From Fistulifera solaris (lineage: Eukaryota), in NCBI GenBank assembly GCA_030295235.1, contig AP026135.1, positions 806,001 to 870,000 on the forward strand: DNA of 64,000 bases, in the 5' to 3' direction. The notes beneath the pieces were generated by a model. The model was not told the DNA's origin, made no database searches, and saw nothing but the letters and a program-made list of their open reading frames with translations. A program made the translations under genes and the position numbers. Positions 47,699-60,403 of this stretch are shown here, in pieces; within the stretch, counting starts at the first letter, position 1, and every line of letters starts with the position of its first letter.

Positions 47699-50600
47699 CT
47701 ACTCCGTCAGGGCGTATTCTTCCTCGTATTGCCTGACTTCCGCGTCTAGTTCTACCCAGCTTTCATGGAACAGATCTCCCTGAATCACACGTTTGGCCAT
47801 GGAAACTTTAGGTTCCTTATGCATGGGGTTGTTGCAAAGGTCGATGGTCTTGGCGTTCGCTTTACTTTCGTCCGAGCACCAGCTTTCACACCATAGCCAC
47901 TCTTGGGGAAGGCTGAAGATGGGGACCGAGTGTTGGGCATAATTTGGCAAGTCTTGATCCAAGTTTGCCAGACTATTCGGATCAGCCGAAAGTTGCTGAT
48001 AAATTGATCGGAGTGTGTCGCCGACTAAATTGCGGCGGAATACTTCCAAGTCCACGACGTAAAGGGCGGAAATATGGTATGGCTTTCCGCGCAAGTGGTT
48101 CTTCCAGAAGCCCTCCCTCCAAAACTGGTATCCCAAGGTCTCCTTTCGTGAGGAACAGAAAGGGGTATAACCATACGGAGCTCCTTTGAGGTCCATATCC
48201 CACAACTCCTTGAGGTCACCTCGGACAACTTGATCCGCGTCAACGTATATGATCTTCTTCACACTTTGGGGGAAAAGAACGTCAAGGAAAAGGATTTTAT
48301 ACCCCCAAATTATACGTTGCTTTTCCGATTGACTTCGAAGCCATTGTGGCCATTTGTACGTGACAAACTCCACTTCGCATCCGATGTTACGTGCCATGGC
48401 TTGCGCAGACTGCTTGAATGTTGGTGAGAGAAAATTTTCAAACAACCAGAATTTCACTTTTGAAGTTGTCCGCTTGGTGACAGAAAGCATCATAATTTTC
48501 AAAAAGCGTTCGTAAAGGTGACCTGTTGCGAGTGAAAAGACGTGAATTGTATCATCAGCTTCAACTACACCATTCTCTTCGCTGTGAAAAAGACTAGTAG
48601 ATTCAGCGAAACCAGACTTTCGCTGCAGCACTAGAAGTTCACCGCGGTTACTAAAGTCTTGGACAATGATTGGCATTCTGACCTCTTTTGGTATGTTGTT
48701 CGGATCCACGACCAAACGACCTCCGCGTGCACTACCATCAACCATATCAAACATTGTGGCTCCTTTTGACCCTTCGGCTATGGCTAGCTCCCATATTCCT
48801 GGGCTCGCTCTCAGCTGCCAATAACCAACAGTCTTCATAACTACAGTGTCAGAATAATTCATTTCTGCGCGATTTGTTGGGATAAATTGATTAGATGATG
48901 ACTCCGCAATCGACCCATCCATGTCCACTTCCACAAGAGGTTGCTTAATTTGTACGCCTACTTCAGTGTCCCTATTTAGAGTCAAATGCAACCCATTCGG
49001 TGGTGTACCCTTTGTTTCGAAACACTGGCCAAAAACAAGTAAGCTTTTGAGTTCATACACAACTTTGGTGCTACCCTTTCCATTCAAAAGAGGACCATCT
49101 CCACACCTCGTTTTTGTATCACAGAGCAAATTATCTGTATCTTGCAAGGCCCAACTCTGCTGCACATCCCAGGGCTCCGGCACATCCATTCGGACAGTCA
49201 ACGTATGGCATTCCGGTAAGTTCGAAAAGCTGGCAACTGGGCTTTCAAAGTTAAAAAATGACCTATGATCGGCAACGAATCTGTAATAGCTCGTAAGTGG
49301 AATTTTCGATTCGTTATCTAAAACAGATTTCGGCAGCAATACAAGGTCGATTGCAAATTGGAGGTGATCCCGGGCTATCAGGAGAATCGAAGAAAGTCGC
49401 TGGGCGGCTTCAGACAACGGATCGAGAACAGCTCCGAGATGAACCTGCAATTAAATAAGATTAGCAAACGTAGAGTCAACAACCAATCTCGCAGACAAAC
49501 ATACCTTCAGAGCTTCTCGATTTTCATTAGGTCCATTATTCCACGACAACGATAGTTTTCTTAAGTCTTCCTTGCTCCTTACGTCTAAATCGCTTATGAT
49601 ATCCCTCAATCGAGTCCGAGAGCTTGCCTCGGCATGTTCAGAGACCAATGCGACGACACGAGCAACACTTAAAAAGTATTGTGGTGATTCGACTGGAAAA
49701 TACGGGCTTAAGATGCGTGTAACTGCTCTCGAACTTGCCATCTGCACCGACAAAAGCATTTCCACATCAGAAAGCGTTACGAGCTCGTCGTCTAATAAGA
49801 AAGTACGCCCGTTTCCGACAATCAAATTGTTTGCTGATGTTTTGCGCTGTAGATACTTCTGCGAAGAGCAAAGGCCATCATTTGATAGCATTTTCCCACG
49901 GGCCTCTGGACTAAGGTCTACTAGTTTGTCAAGAAGCTGTTTTGTGGTGAGCGACTTGTACTTGGGGTCTAGGATCGTTTCCAATGCATCAGATTCCACG
50001 AAAGAGGCTTGTGCGAAAATTGAACAAATAGCGGTTGAGGCCGCTTTTATGTTACTTGGAAGAATTCGATACGCGACGCGTTCGTTTTTGTCCGGTAGTG
50101 ATTTCATGACCGACAAAAAGGCAGCGGCATGGGCCATTCCTAACTCAGTGCTGAAGTCAAAAATACCATCAATGACAAACTTGGTAGCATTCACTCGATC
50201 CGCTTCATCCTTGGTCATTTTGTTCGGGCTGCACAATGCCTCCTCCCCAAATGAATCGTTAAGATTCAAAAATTTGGGTATGGGGCCGGAGCTTTGATCG
50301 ATGAGTAGAGGATGAATCTTAGCATAAACATTGTCTCCCTCGAGTAAATAAGCATAGACAGACTTTGGTGAAGTATCTGTGATTTTTCCTTGCGAAATAA
50401 GAGATAACATATGGTTTTGTTCCTCGCCGAAAAGTCGATTGATACTTTCATCAGCCATATTAACAGGCAACGGTCGTCCATTGACAAAACCCATTCCTGG
50501 TTTTAGGCCGCGCTGAACAGCAAATTTAATCGAATGACCGTATGCTATGACATCGTCATTCTTGTCGCCGGCTTTCATGCTTGTCGTGGCGTCCGAAACG

Positions 50601-52603
50601 GCTTCTTCCGCTGGCTTCAAGTTAAGACTCTGGTAAAGCTTCCCATGGAAATCTAGTAATTGGCCTATCGACACAGATTCGTTGTTGGATCGAGCATCTC
50701 TGAGGAATGACATGATGTATTCAATGTATGAGAATATCCCTCCAGGGTAGGCACGCAAGTCTCGAATGGCAGTAAGTAATAAGTGATGCACAGTTTGAGT
50801 CGTGGCTGTTGCCTTCGAAATATCCGGTTCCGACTTCGTATCAAAGATGCTAGGGATGGGACATGGTTCGCTTGTTGTAGTGCCTTGTTTGCTCAGAAAA
50901 GTCGAGCACTCCTGAAAGTGTTTCGTGTCTACGAGTAACAAACCGATTCGAACAGGATATGCGGCTTGCATGAGCTGGAGACCGAGATTCAAAGCAACAT
51001 TTTCTGGATCTTCAATGGGATCCATCACGGCAAGTAGTGTGAACAAATTTCTTCTCACCGAAGGTGGCCCTCCGTATTCCATATTCATCCTCATGTGATG
51101 CAGCGAAGTAGGCCATCGCGAATACAAACTATCTTTCTCAACATCATTCAGATAGATCACAGCATTCTTCCAGCCACGAGCGACATCGATCCGAAGTGTC
51201 TTCGATTTGGCATCTTTCTTATCTCCCGCACTACCCTCAAGAAATCGTTTGCCGTTCATCCATGCCGCTTGAACATCATGAAGTGCAGCTTGAGGAAGAT
51301 CCTTCAACATTTCTGCTATTTCATCCAAATTCCTTTGTTCTTTTTGTATGACGTTGAGTATATCAAACAAATTGAAGGACGCCATGTCAATCGGCAATGG
51401 CTTTCCGTTTATGTACAGTAGCCCTGGTCGGAGCGCTCCGCTTTCCTCGAGCACCTCTACGGCTTTCCGAAGATTATCAGGAACCTCCAAGTGAACTAAT
51501 GATGAGGCCATACTCGGTAAATTCTGTGATATCTGCTGCAAAGTAACAAGTGGGTCGGTGGCCGAATTCAGAATAGCTGTCGTTGCTTGCAGGGGTAACT
51601 GTCGCCGGCGCCACACCGGAGGAATGAGAGAAGAGTGAAGATTTTGATTATGGTGGGCTGACCAGAGCTTACGAACTAATGCTTTGTCTTTATCAAGACC
51701 CAGGGCTGTCAAATTGACTCCGGAAAGAAATTCTGGAGGGACATCCAGGTCATCTTTGGTTAGGTCGACCATGATCTCGTTATCAGAATGGAACAAATCG
51801 TTACCTTGGTCGTCAAATACCTTGTACTCCACGTTTCGAATATCCAACCATACACCATACCCTTGCAGCGGGAGACCCGTTGCGTTACTTTTGTTTCGTT
51901 CTTCGTAATCAACAGCACCCATGTGACGCACTACAAAAGGAATCTTTAAGTTTCTCAACAGGCGGTAGGTTGCTGCGAAAAGTGGCGTCCCCATATTCCC
52001 GTAAAGTATCACATATGCATTCTCGCCAGAAGCCGGTATTATTGTTTCTTTCGGAATCGTTTTCACCGCAGTTTGAGGCTTTGTGACAAGGAAGGAACTG
52101 AGTGTGTCGACTGCGACAATCTCTCCGTCTACCACAGCGAAAGCATCTGATGGATGCAAAAACAAGTGGTGCGATTGTTGCTGCTGCAATGTCTCTCGTG
52201 CTAATCCTCTATAGAGTTCACAGTGCGGACTCTGCGCTCGCAATGCGAGAGAAAGCTGTAAGAGCTGTTTTGCTGCTCCCATCAAAGGAGTGACCTTCAT
52301 CACCAGCTCCGCAGCTATTGCGTCACTCATCACTCGATCCAAATTTTCCTCCACCAGGCGATCAAGAAATTCGACTCCTTTTTCTTCCCGATTGTGATAC
52401 ACAAAAGCTTCACAGAAAACATTGTGCGGAGTGGAAGGCCAATGATTGGCGACGACAGATGTCTCCAACTCTCGATTCACCAGCGGGGATACCATTGTAT
52501 GGAGCTCATCATTTCCTTCTACGACCCAGACTACGATCAGTAGCAAGGGACAGAGCAATAAATTGGAAAAGATGATCGAATGCTTTGCCATGGGTGATTT
52601 CAT
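47699..52603 (-). CDS. UGGT: UDP-glucose:glycoprotein glucosyltransferase (intron 49445-49504)
   Basis: Signal peptide and LQGYGVWLDIRNVEYK. GT24 domain IHVFSLATGHLYERF, WGYKILFLDVLFP, YVDADQVVR, LANLDQDLPN, WLWCESWC and IDLCNNP. Confidence 0.96.
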
Positions 52604-53329
52604 TTTGTGCTTGATGCAATAAGGCGATTGAATCTCAAGTTGAAAAAAAGTCGCCGGCCTTTGTGTTTCAAAAGACGAGCTGGTCACGGAAATGCGTCAC
52701 TGCAGCAAACAAAGGGGTAGACAGGTCTCCAACTTCCAACTTCCAGTTGTTTAAAATTGCTGAGTTAGCGCACGATAAAATGACTCCTTCGTCAATAGAT
52801 TGATGGAGTTAGTCCGTAGAAACAAAACGGAATAACAAAACAACAACCGCATACGTCGAGTAGCAGCGATACGACACTGTAGACAGAAACGTAAAGTTCG
52901 AATGGTAGTACCGGTACGCCATTTCAAACAAATGAATGCATTTCAGGAAATTGAAACTATGGAAGCGACGTGAATTATTCTTGTATCTCTAGAGAATAAT
53001 GACACTACCAGGAAGGGAGTATACTTATTCTTTGTTTTGGTCATGTTTAATCACCGGAAACTCCTGCTGCAACTTGCTCAACCAGTCTTGCAAAAAAGAC
53101 TCTCTAAAGTGTCGCCCGTATTTAGCCGAGACTGGATATCAGGTTTGAGTCATGAATGGTGGGCGTGTTTCGCGCGCTAATATTAGGATTCTAGACGAGT
53201 ACTATTTTGAACTATAGATTCACATATGCAATTAGCTAATCTGTAAAAACGCAAAGCGTAGCTCGACGCCTACACATTTGGATCAATGGCTGATCTTGCT
53301 TCCGAGTAGCGTGTCTCCTTACGCCGCAG

Positions 53330-54800
53330 TCAAAGAGGTACGACTTCGCTTGCAATCATCTCCCGTCTGGGCATTGCTAACTTTGCCATACTTTGAGTTA
53401 CGTGTATTGCAGCTTCCTTCGGTAGATTTGTGAGCAACGTCTTGGCTTTCGCTAAATCCATTGGATAGACAGCTACTTCCTGTAGTATTCTTTCGACTCC
53501 TTCGTCGCCTAGAAATGAATAGAAGTACGCAGTCAGCGGCGAATGGCGTACGTCGAAGGAGCATTCACTTCGTCTACCAAAAGCCAGAATCTCGTAGACG
53601 TCGGAATCACACTTTTCGTTCGGTTCCTTCTTAGGTTCTGGAAGCCAGTTTTCCAAACGATTGCTACTCTGCTGTTGGGACGGAAGATCTCCCATAAAGA
53701 CACTGACAGGTGCATCGCCACCGGTGAGCTCTGCGATTGCCGCCAGGACAGAAAGAGACAGTAATTTGGCGCCAACATATTTCCTTCCTACATCTAAATT
53801 GCGTTTGGCATTCGAAATGAGTCGATCCAATTCTTCATCAGACGGAACGCCCCTGAACTGGCTGAAAATCACGTTGGGCTTCAAAAAGCCGAAGAATCCA
53901 TACATTTTAAAAAAGCCCAAATTGAAACTCCTTGACGGTATACAGGAACTGATGGCGAAGCGCTTCGTTCGACTCCGGAAGCAAACTCCAGGTATTGTCG
54001 AGAAACCACAACTGATCGTCCGATCCAAAATTGCCGACGTCTTCGTTCGCCAAGTCTGCGGCACGCTGCACACAAAGAACGCACTGCTCCACGGTAAAAT
54101 TGAGCTTAAATTTGTGTGTTGTCGTCAACATTCGATGGTATAAACGATCCAGTGGTGATCCCAGCAATGGGTCTGAGGGACGGAATGGAATCGTCGATTC
54201 GATGCAACAGGCAATCGCTGCCAACTCTTCTTTAGCCAACGCGAAAGAGAGTTCTCTCACAGCAATTACCGCCGATAGAAATTCGTTAAGTCCTGTCATT
54301 GGTGTCAGCCCGTCACCTGGCTTTCGCCCAAAGATATCAATCACTATAGCTAGAACTTCATCCTTCTCGGAACCAGCATCGGGGCTAATCCTTAGTGTCG
54401 TTTGTCCATTCGCTTCCTTTTCTATGAGAAGAACTCCGTGCAGCTTTTCGCTTTGGATTTTCGAAAGCCCTCCGTCGATATTATAGTAGACGCAATCATG
54501 AAACAAAGCCGCCAATATCGTAATAGGATCAACAAGATGTTTGGAGACATCGAAGACATGCTGCACGGAATGATAATCGCGGCTGCTGATCGACATGCTT
54601 TCATGAATAAGGGTAGACATGGACTCAATTTTCGTCATGACATCATCTGATAAAGGATCAACGCCCAATTCTCTCAAACAGCGCTCCATGCGCTTCACTA
54701 AGCGACTGATGTAGGGGCTTGCGGCATCGTCTTTCCCATAGTCAATACACGGTCGCTTCGTTGCTGGTCCGATGGGACTGCCGCGCTTCGTCAACGACAT
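53330..54800 (-). CDS. HD-domain metal-dependent hydrolase-like hypothetical protein (apparent frameshift at 53909-53914)
   Basis: Motifs SRDYHSVQHVF, LAALFHDCVYY, GLNEFLSA, CIESTIPFR, ANEDVGNF and FLDNTWSLLPE. The ORFs join as QFGLFKMYGFF after removing one base. Confidence 0.7.
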
Positions 54801-55305
54801 TTTCTTCGAGTCGTTACGTTAGTTGAGTTATCTGTTTGGTAAACGATGAAGTGCAGCAGACGTCTGCGGATTGTGGACCCAAATGACGAAGGATTGTCGG
54901 AATTTTCCGGCATCGTTTTCTTGACATCTTGTCGCAAGATTTTTTCACGGCAAAATAATGAAGGTCTAGAAAGCCGTCTACACAAAAGCTTATACTCAAT
55001 CAGTTTAAGTACCGCATTCACTAATACTTTACGCGAAACGCGAATACCGAAAAGGCCCAATCAACAATCCTCTCGTCCCTCGCAGTTCTACGTCGCTTCC
55101 GGGGTCTGTGCAGTTTTCTGTTTTCTAACTTACCAGTACCTTAGCCTTAACCGGAATGAATAGCTGACTGTCAAACTGTCAAACACGGGATGTAATCAAC
55201 CCTCCCTAATTGCGCGTCTTTTGTTCTGAAAACAGGCTTTACATTCTAGCTTTCAAATAAGAAAATCTTTTAGAAAGCGATGAACCCAATGCTTCAGCTG
55301 ATTGG

Positions 55306-56265
55306 TTAACGAGTGCCTTCCATCATTGTTGGGTCATCCTCTTCAATCCCACCCGTCGAAACAGCAGCTAGTAACGCTGAGGGCCAGCATAAAAGCATAC
55401 CAAGTATACTCAAGATTCGTAGGATTCCGGCGCACTGCCAAATCCCAATCAAACTTGCCAGACCAAAGCTTCCAAAGAATGACACGAGTTGTCTTTTCCC
55501 CACAGGTTTATGTGCCACCAGACTTTTCCACTCATCCGCCACGGGATCAGTAGACCGCACAAAGACAAATCGTGAGCCCTTCGAACCTTTTCCAATTCTC
55601 ACACGATTGTCACAAAAAGTGGTATCCAAAAAGACACTCGAGGTCGGTCCCAAGGACAGACTCAACAAGACTTTGTTCTGGCGTGTACAAAGGACGACAC
55701 GCGGTGGATCAAAATCCGCACGCACCGTTAGCGGTGACAAACCATCCGGTGTATTGCGGACCGCCGACACTCGATCACGATCCAGCGAGCTGAGACGAAA
55801 GGCATCACCTCGCAGAATGACATAAATCCTCCAACAAAGTACTCTTACAATGATCATATTCACCGCTTGAGCGACGGAGTTTTGTACTTTTTTCGGTATT
55901 AAATGTTGCCATTGGCTTTCGATCACGAAGGGCCCTCGATTCCATTTTCCTCCCACGGGTCTCTCATTGGGTGCATTGGGCAATGTGAAGGAGACATTGT
56001 AATTTCCCAACAGCGGTGTGAACAAAGATTCGTTATTCTCCGAGTCAGATCCAGGACAGTTCGATGCACTGAGTTCCTCTATTGTTTGACGAATGGAAGT
56101 TTCGTCGCTATTGTGTTGCACCAATTCCAAGAGCCGATCGACTTTGTCGGTTACGGAAGAATAAAGAGGCTTTACGATCCTCCTCAGTGACGGGCACGGC
56201 GATATCAGACTATCCGCACGAATCAGCAGAATCAGCGCTAGCAAAGAATGTAAGCTTCTCGCCAT
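55306..56265 (-). CDS. Plastid lipid-associated protein/fibrillin-like protein with C-terminal hydrophobic helices
   Basis: Signal peptide MARSLHSLLALILLIRADS-L and a fibrillin-type motif LDTTFCDNRVRIGKGSKGSRFVFVR. Confidence 0.7.
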   Translation of the reverse strand: MARSLHSLLALILLIRADSLISPCPSLRRIVKPLYSSVTDKVDRLLELVQHNSDETSIRQTIEELSASNCPGSDSENNESLFTPLLGNYNVSFTLPNAPNERPVGGKWNRGPFVIESQWQHLIPKKVQNSVAQAVNMIIVRVLCWRIYVILRGDAFRLSSLDRDRVSAVRNTPDGLSPLTVRADFDPPRVVLCTRQNKVLLSLSLGPTSSVFLDTTFCDNRVRIGKGSKGSRFVFVRSTDPVADEWKSLVAHKPVGKRQLVSFFGSFGLASLIGIWQCAGILRILSILGMLLCWPSALLAAVSTGGIEEDDPTMMEGTR

Positions 56266-56611
56266 GTTATTTTTTCCAAGCAATAGGTTACCAGTGAAAC
56301 TCTACTAGGTTGTATTTTATTTCAACAACAAAAAAGATCAATGCTTTTTTGGGCGTTGTCTTTATCTTTTCGATACATTGTCAACTGAAAACCGCGGCAC
56401 TCACAAATAGTCGGAGCGATGCCAACACAATCTTCGTATACGACAATTTGTCGGTTGGTGAGGAAAGTATGACGTGTGAAGTGGGGTCTTTTCTCTCGAT
56501 GCTCGATCGCGAGAAAGATTGCACGACATTCGTCTTTACTGCAAGGTTAGTTTCAAGACGAAAGCCACTATAAAAGCATCATTGACTTTCCTAAAGTCTT
56601 TCAATTGCCGA

Positions 56612-57761
56612 ATGATGAAGCAAATTAAGCTGATGCTGACGCCACAACCTGGGGCGAAACCCGAATACATTGACGACATTCGGTTAGTCGATGATAGCCC
56701 TGCTCTTCTCGCGATATGGCAAAACAATTTACCATCGGATCAAATCACAATCGAAGCGTACTCCAAAGATTCATGGGCATGGAAACCTGGGAGTGACTGG
56801 GCTACTTTGACAGTTGAATCCAGTACCGGCCGCAATAAATTACCAGGATTTTGTGACTATTTAAAGCAACGGCAAAAGTCGGCCGTTGCTCGGTTTCCTC
56901 CGACGGGTATTTTCGTCATCTCCTACATTCAACCAAAAAGTACACCCGACGCCTTTCGCATGCAATGTCGGATCGCTATCGACATGTCGAGAATACCCAA
57001 TTGTAATTTGAAGCCGCTTACCGTACCCAAAGCCGCAATCAAGCCGCCATCGACGAGTGTGGGTCGACCACGCCAAGGAGGAGGCTTGTTAGCGAAATTA
57101 GTGGGAGCGCAGGAGAGAACCAATTATCATTTTGCCATGGCCTCGTCGAAAAAGAAACCTGACGCTGCGCCGGTCAATGCTGCTGTTGAAGGAGTATCGA
57201 CCAAAAGTAGTGTTACCAAACGAACCGCGGCCGAAGTATTTTCCGCGTTCCGACAATCGATGCAAGACAAAATGCTTGATTTTGATTTGGATGAAAGTGA
57301 AGAAGTGTTGCATGTTCAAGTCTCACTGGCCGAACATGTCGCGGGCCTGTCGGATGAAGACAAAGGACGTGTGACGATGGAAGTTTTGAAATACATGGTT
57401 TACGAAGCTGCGGAAGAAGTGAATGACGAATGGATTGCACACAAGGAGCCTTCGGAATTCATGGATGAGGTGACGATAGCGATTTACAAGGAAGGAGCTG
57501 CGCCCGATAATGTTTTAGAAGAAGTGAATAAAGGTGAACTTCCCGATGAAGTACGAGGCCAGCAACGCGCTATTCAAGAAGAGCGCAATCGGCAGGTAAA
57601 CAAAGCCGAAAATCGAACTTCTCAACTCGTGGAAGCCGATGCTCACCGTCAATTAGACGACGAAGATGAGGGAGGATCTTGCCGTCTTGAACACGAGCAA
57701 ACGAGATCGACGGACAATCGAAGATTACGAAAGAGAGAAGAAGCGATCACGAGGTTCGTGA
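56612..57761 (+). CDS. Hypothetical protein with a possible SPOC-like N-terminal domain (apparent frameshift at 57670-57672)
   Basis: 'FCDYLKQRQKSAVA...IFVI' resembles a SPOC motif. The corrected C-terminus is DEEDLAVLNTSKRDRRTIEDYEREKKRSRGS*. Confidence 0.6.
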
Positions 57762-57810
57762 TAGACTATAAGAGTAATACTACCCACAATAATAGTAAAA
57801 ATGAAAAAAG

Positions 57811-58587
57811 CTATCTGCTAATATTGTCAACGACTCTCGCGATTTCATTCCGCAATACCTCGGCTTGATCGGGATCCCCGACGGCAAATGCATACTCTTG
57901 GCAACAGTCAGTAAAGATGTCTAATTTTCCCACAGCTCCCTGTCCCAGCTGAAATACAACATTGTCCAGGTGTGTTTGCATGGCTGACAAATCACTAGAA
58001 ATTCTATGTGAACCGTTTTCTGATTGATCGCTGCTCCCCAAACCCAACTTACAAGCCAATGCGACCCATGTAGGACTCTCGAATAACCAAACTGGATGGA
58101 GTGAAGGTGATGACACATAAGTCTCCTCCTCTGCTGGCAATCGGCAGGGGAAAACGCCTCTCAATAAGCTGTCGCGTCCCTCCTGAACATTGCGATACAT
58201 CCGCACCTCCAATGATGCGGTGTGTTCGACACACCAACATTCCAACAAAAGCCACGCCAGCGCAGCAATCGCTTCATGGATGCTTTTGGCGATGATCGAC
58301 AAAGGACCCAATTGATTCTTTCCCGGAACCATCAAATGAACATGGTAACTCGAACGGAGTGTCTTTTGACACTGTTCCATTGCTTCACGACCACCGAAAC
58401 AACGATGTTGTCGTCCCAGAGGCTCTGTAACTTGATACTCCTGGACTGGAAGTTCGATCAAGCACGTGCATTCTTTCAAAGGCGGCGTGGCATCCGGATG
58501 TCGCCGCTTCGGGGGAGGACGATACGGTCGGCCACCATGACTGCGTCTCCCCACTCCAGCGCGTGCGGAAGTGCCATAACTGTACAT
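57811..58587 (-). CDS. Hypothetical protein
   Basis: 267-aa open frame with an Arg/Gly/Pro-rich N-terminus. No domain recognised. Confidence 0.55.
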   Translation of the reverse strand: MYSYGTSARAGVGRRSHGGRPYRPPPKRRHPDATPPLKECTCLIELPVQEYQVTEPLGRQHRCFGGREAMEQCQKTLRSSYHVHLMVPGKNQLGPLSIIAKSIHEAIAALAWLLLECWCVEHTASLEVRMYRNVQEGRDSLLRGVFPCRLPAEEETYVSSPSLHPVWLFESPTWVALACKLGLGSSDQSENGSHRISSDLSAMQTHLDNVVFQLGQGAVGKLDIFTDCCQEYAFAVGDPDQAEVLRNEIARVVDNISR

Positions 58588-59064
58588 GTTATTGTTGCTT
58601 TTCAAGGAAATCAATGAAGTGAATCGAATCTAGTTGCATCGCATGAGACAAGGGCCAAACCCGGAACACGATCGACTGCGTCCTCTCTAGGTGTCCTCGC
58701 AGACACAATGTATCACGCAAGCAAATATATAGTTATCAAGAATGTATAAAGTCACGTGGAATAATTGCCTTGGCAATACAAGCCATTGAAGATGAAAAGA
58801 AAAAATAATAATGGTTGTGTGTGGTATTTTCACGTCCCCAGAAAATCTGGGGGTGTGCTGCTTTTAAGTTCCCAGAAAATCTGGGCATGTTGTGCTACGG
58901 TAATTTTAAGTGTCTCGTATACCAGTACAGGGGTACAAATACGGTACTTCCGTTACACACACTTGTACAGGGGTAGAAAAAGAGACCGGAGTGCAAGTAC
59001 TTTGTTTGCCCGTCCTCATTTGAAAAAATGATGTGCCAGAGTCCTTGTTCGAACTTGACAAACA

Positions 59065-60403
59065 ATGAGCTATGAAGAAGTGAAGGATGTCGAAAGGGCG
59101 CTCCAGTGGACGCCGGACGATACGGTCATGGCCGTCGCGCGACAGCGTTACCCCGTCGTTGACTCGGATATCGAGGCATTGTTTCTCGGACGCCTCGATG
59201 ATACTATTGATCACTTTCGCTTAGAAATCAAGCTTCCTCGAGTACATATTGGCAAGTTGGCCCAAAGCAGTGACACTCGGACCCGTTGGGCGGATGTTCT
59301 GAATTCCTTAAAGCTACCGACGTCTGCACTGGTCGTCACAGCATCTGCCTCCATCGTTTCCATTTTGAGCCACCATCCACTCGGAAAGGTCCTTCTTCCG
59401 TACTTTTCTTGTATTTTAATTTTTTTGTCGTCTGCTCCTTCCATACGAAAACGATTGCTGGCAAAATCATCGTGGTTGTTGGCACAATTCGATTCGGTAC
59501 AGAATCAGGTCGAAACCACTATGGATGAAATTGCCTCTCGAGGACTCCAACTCTTGCACACGACCGAATTAACCATGAATCAAGCTTTGGCTCCCATTAA
59601 CGTCAAGCTAGTAGCCATTACACGTGTCGAGTCCATGTTGAAAACAATCAAACCGGATATTGATATACCAGGTAAACACGAGCCTACGAGTTTGCCACGA
59701 AGTAATGTACGACTCCGACTCACCCATTTTTCTCTCGTGTAGATCCATCCGACGTCAAGCGATCGTTTGACGGATTGAAAGAGAAGTTGCAAGGTGGTTT
59801 TTCGAGTGCGCGGGGTTTAATTCATGTTCGTCGGAGTTTACCGTCTCCCTTCCAGTCTCCAGAACAGTTTGAATGGTACATTGTGATTCCGTATTTAGTG
59901 GCAATGCTGATGGTCCAGCTCGTCCTTGTTTACATATCTCAGACAAAAGAAGAACCTCTCGAAAAAACAACATGAACCAAGACGAGGTAGACAGGGAGTG
60001 GCATTTGCTTTGGATTGCTGTCCAAACCTACATCACGGCCGTCATCCAAATTCTTCTGGCCTTTCTGCTGACACTGACGCATAGTTTGGTTTTCTTCTTG
60101 AACAAGGAGATTGGCGTATTTGAAGCTAACATCAATACAGAGCTCCGAAGAACAGTTGGTGGTGTTTTTGAGGACATCTTTCGCAGCGGATTCAAACTAG
60201 TCAAGTCCAAATTTCTGGATCTTCTAAAGAAAGTGAACCAGCTAGAGGCGCCCATCGAAAAACTGAAAGCAAAGTTCCCGGACGTGCTGGAGAATCCCGA
60301 GTTTTCAGAACTAGCTAGTTTGGTCAAGGATGATTTGGCAGGTAAAGTGCAAAAGAAACGAGAAAACATTCTTACTCATTGGAGTAAGATTTTTGGTAAT
60401 TGA
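59065..60403 (+). CDS. Hypothetical multi-pass membrane protein (intron 59672-59742; apparent frameshift at 59962-59967)
   Basis: Three track ORFs join via a GT-AG intron (DIP-D-PSDVK) and one A-run correction. Several hydrophobic helices are present. Confidence 0.6.

Noticed and set aside
57762..57868. Apparent overlap of convergent ORFs 56519-57868 and 57811-58614
   Set aside because: It disappears once the indel at 57670-57672 is corrected, giving a stop at 57761.
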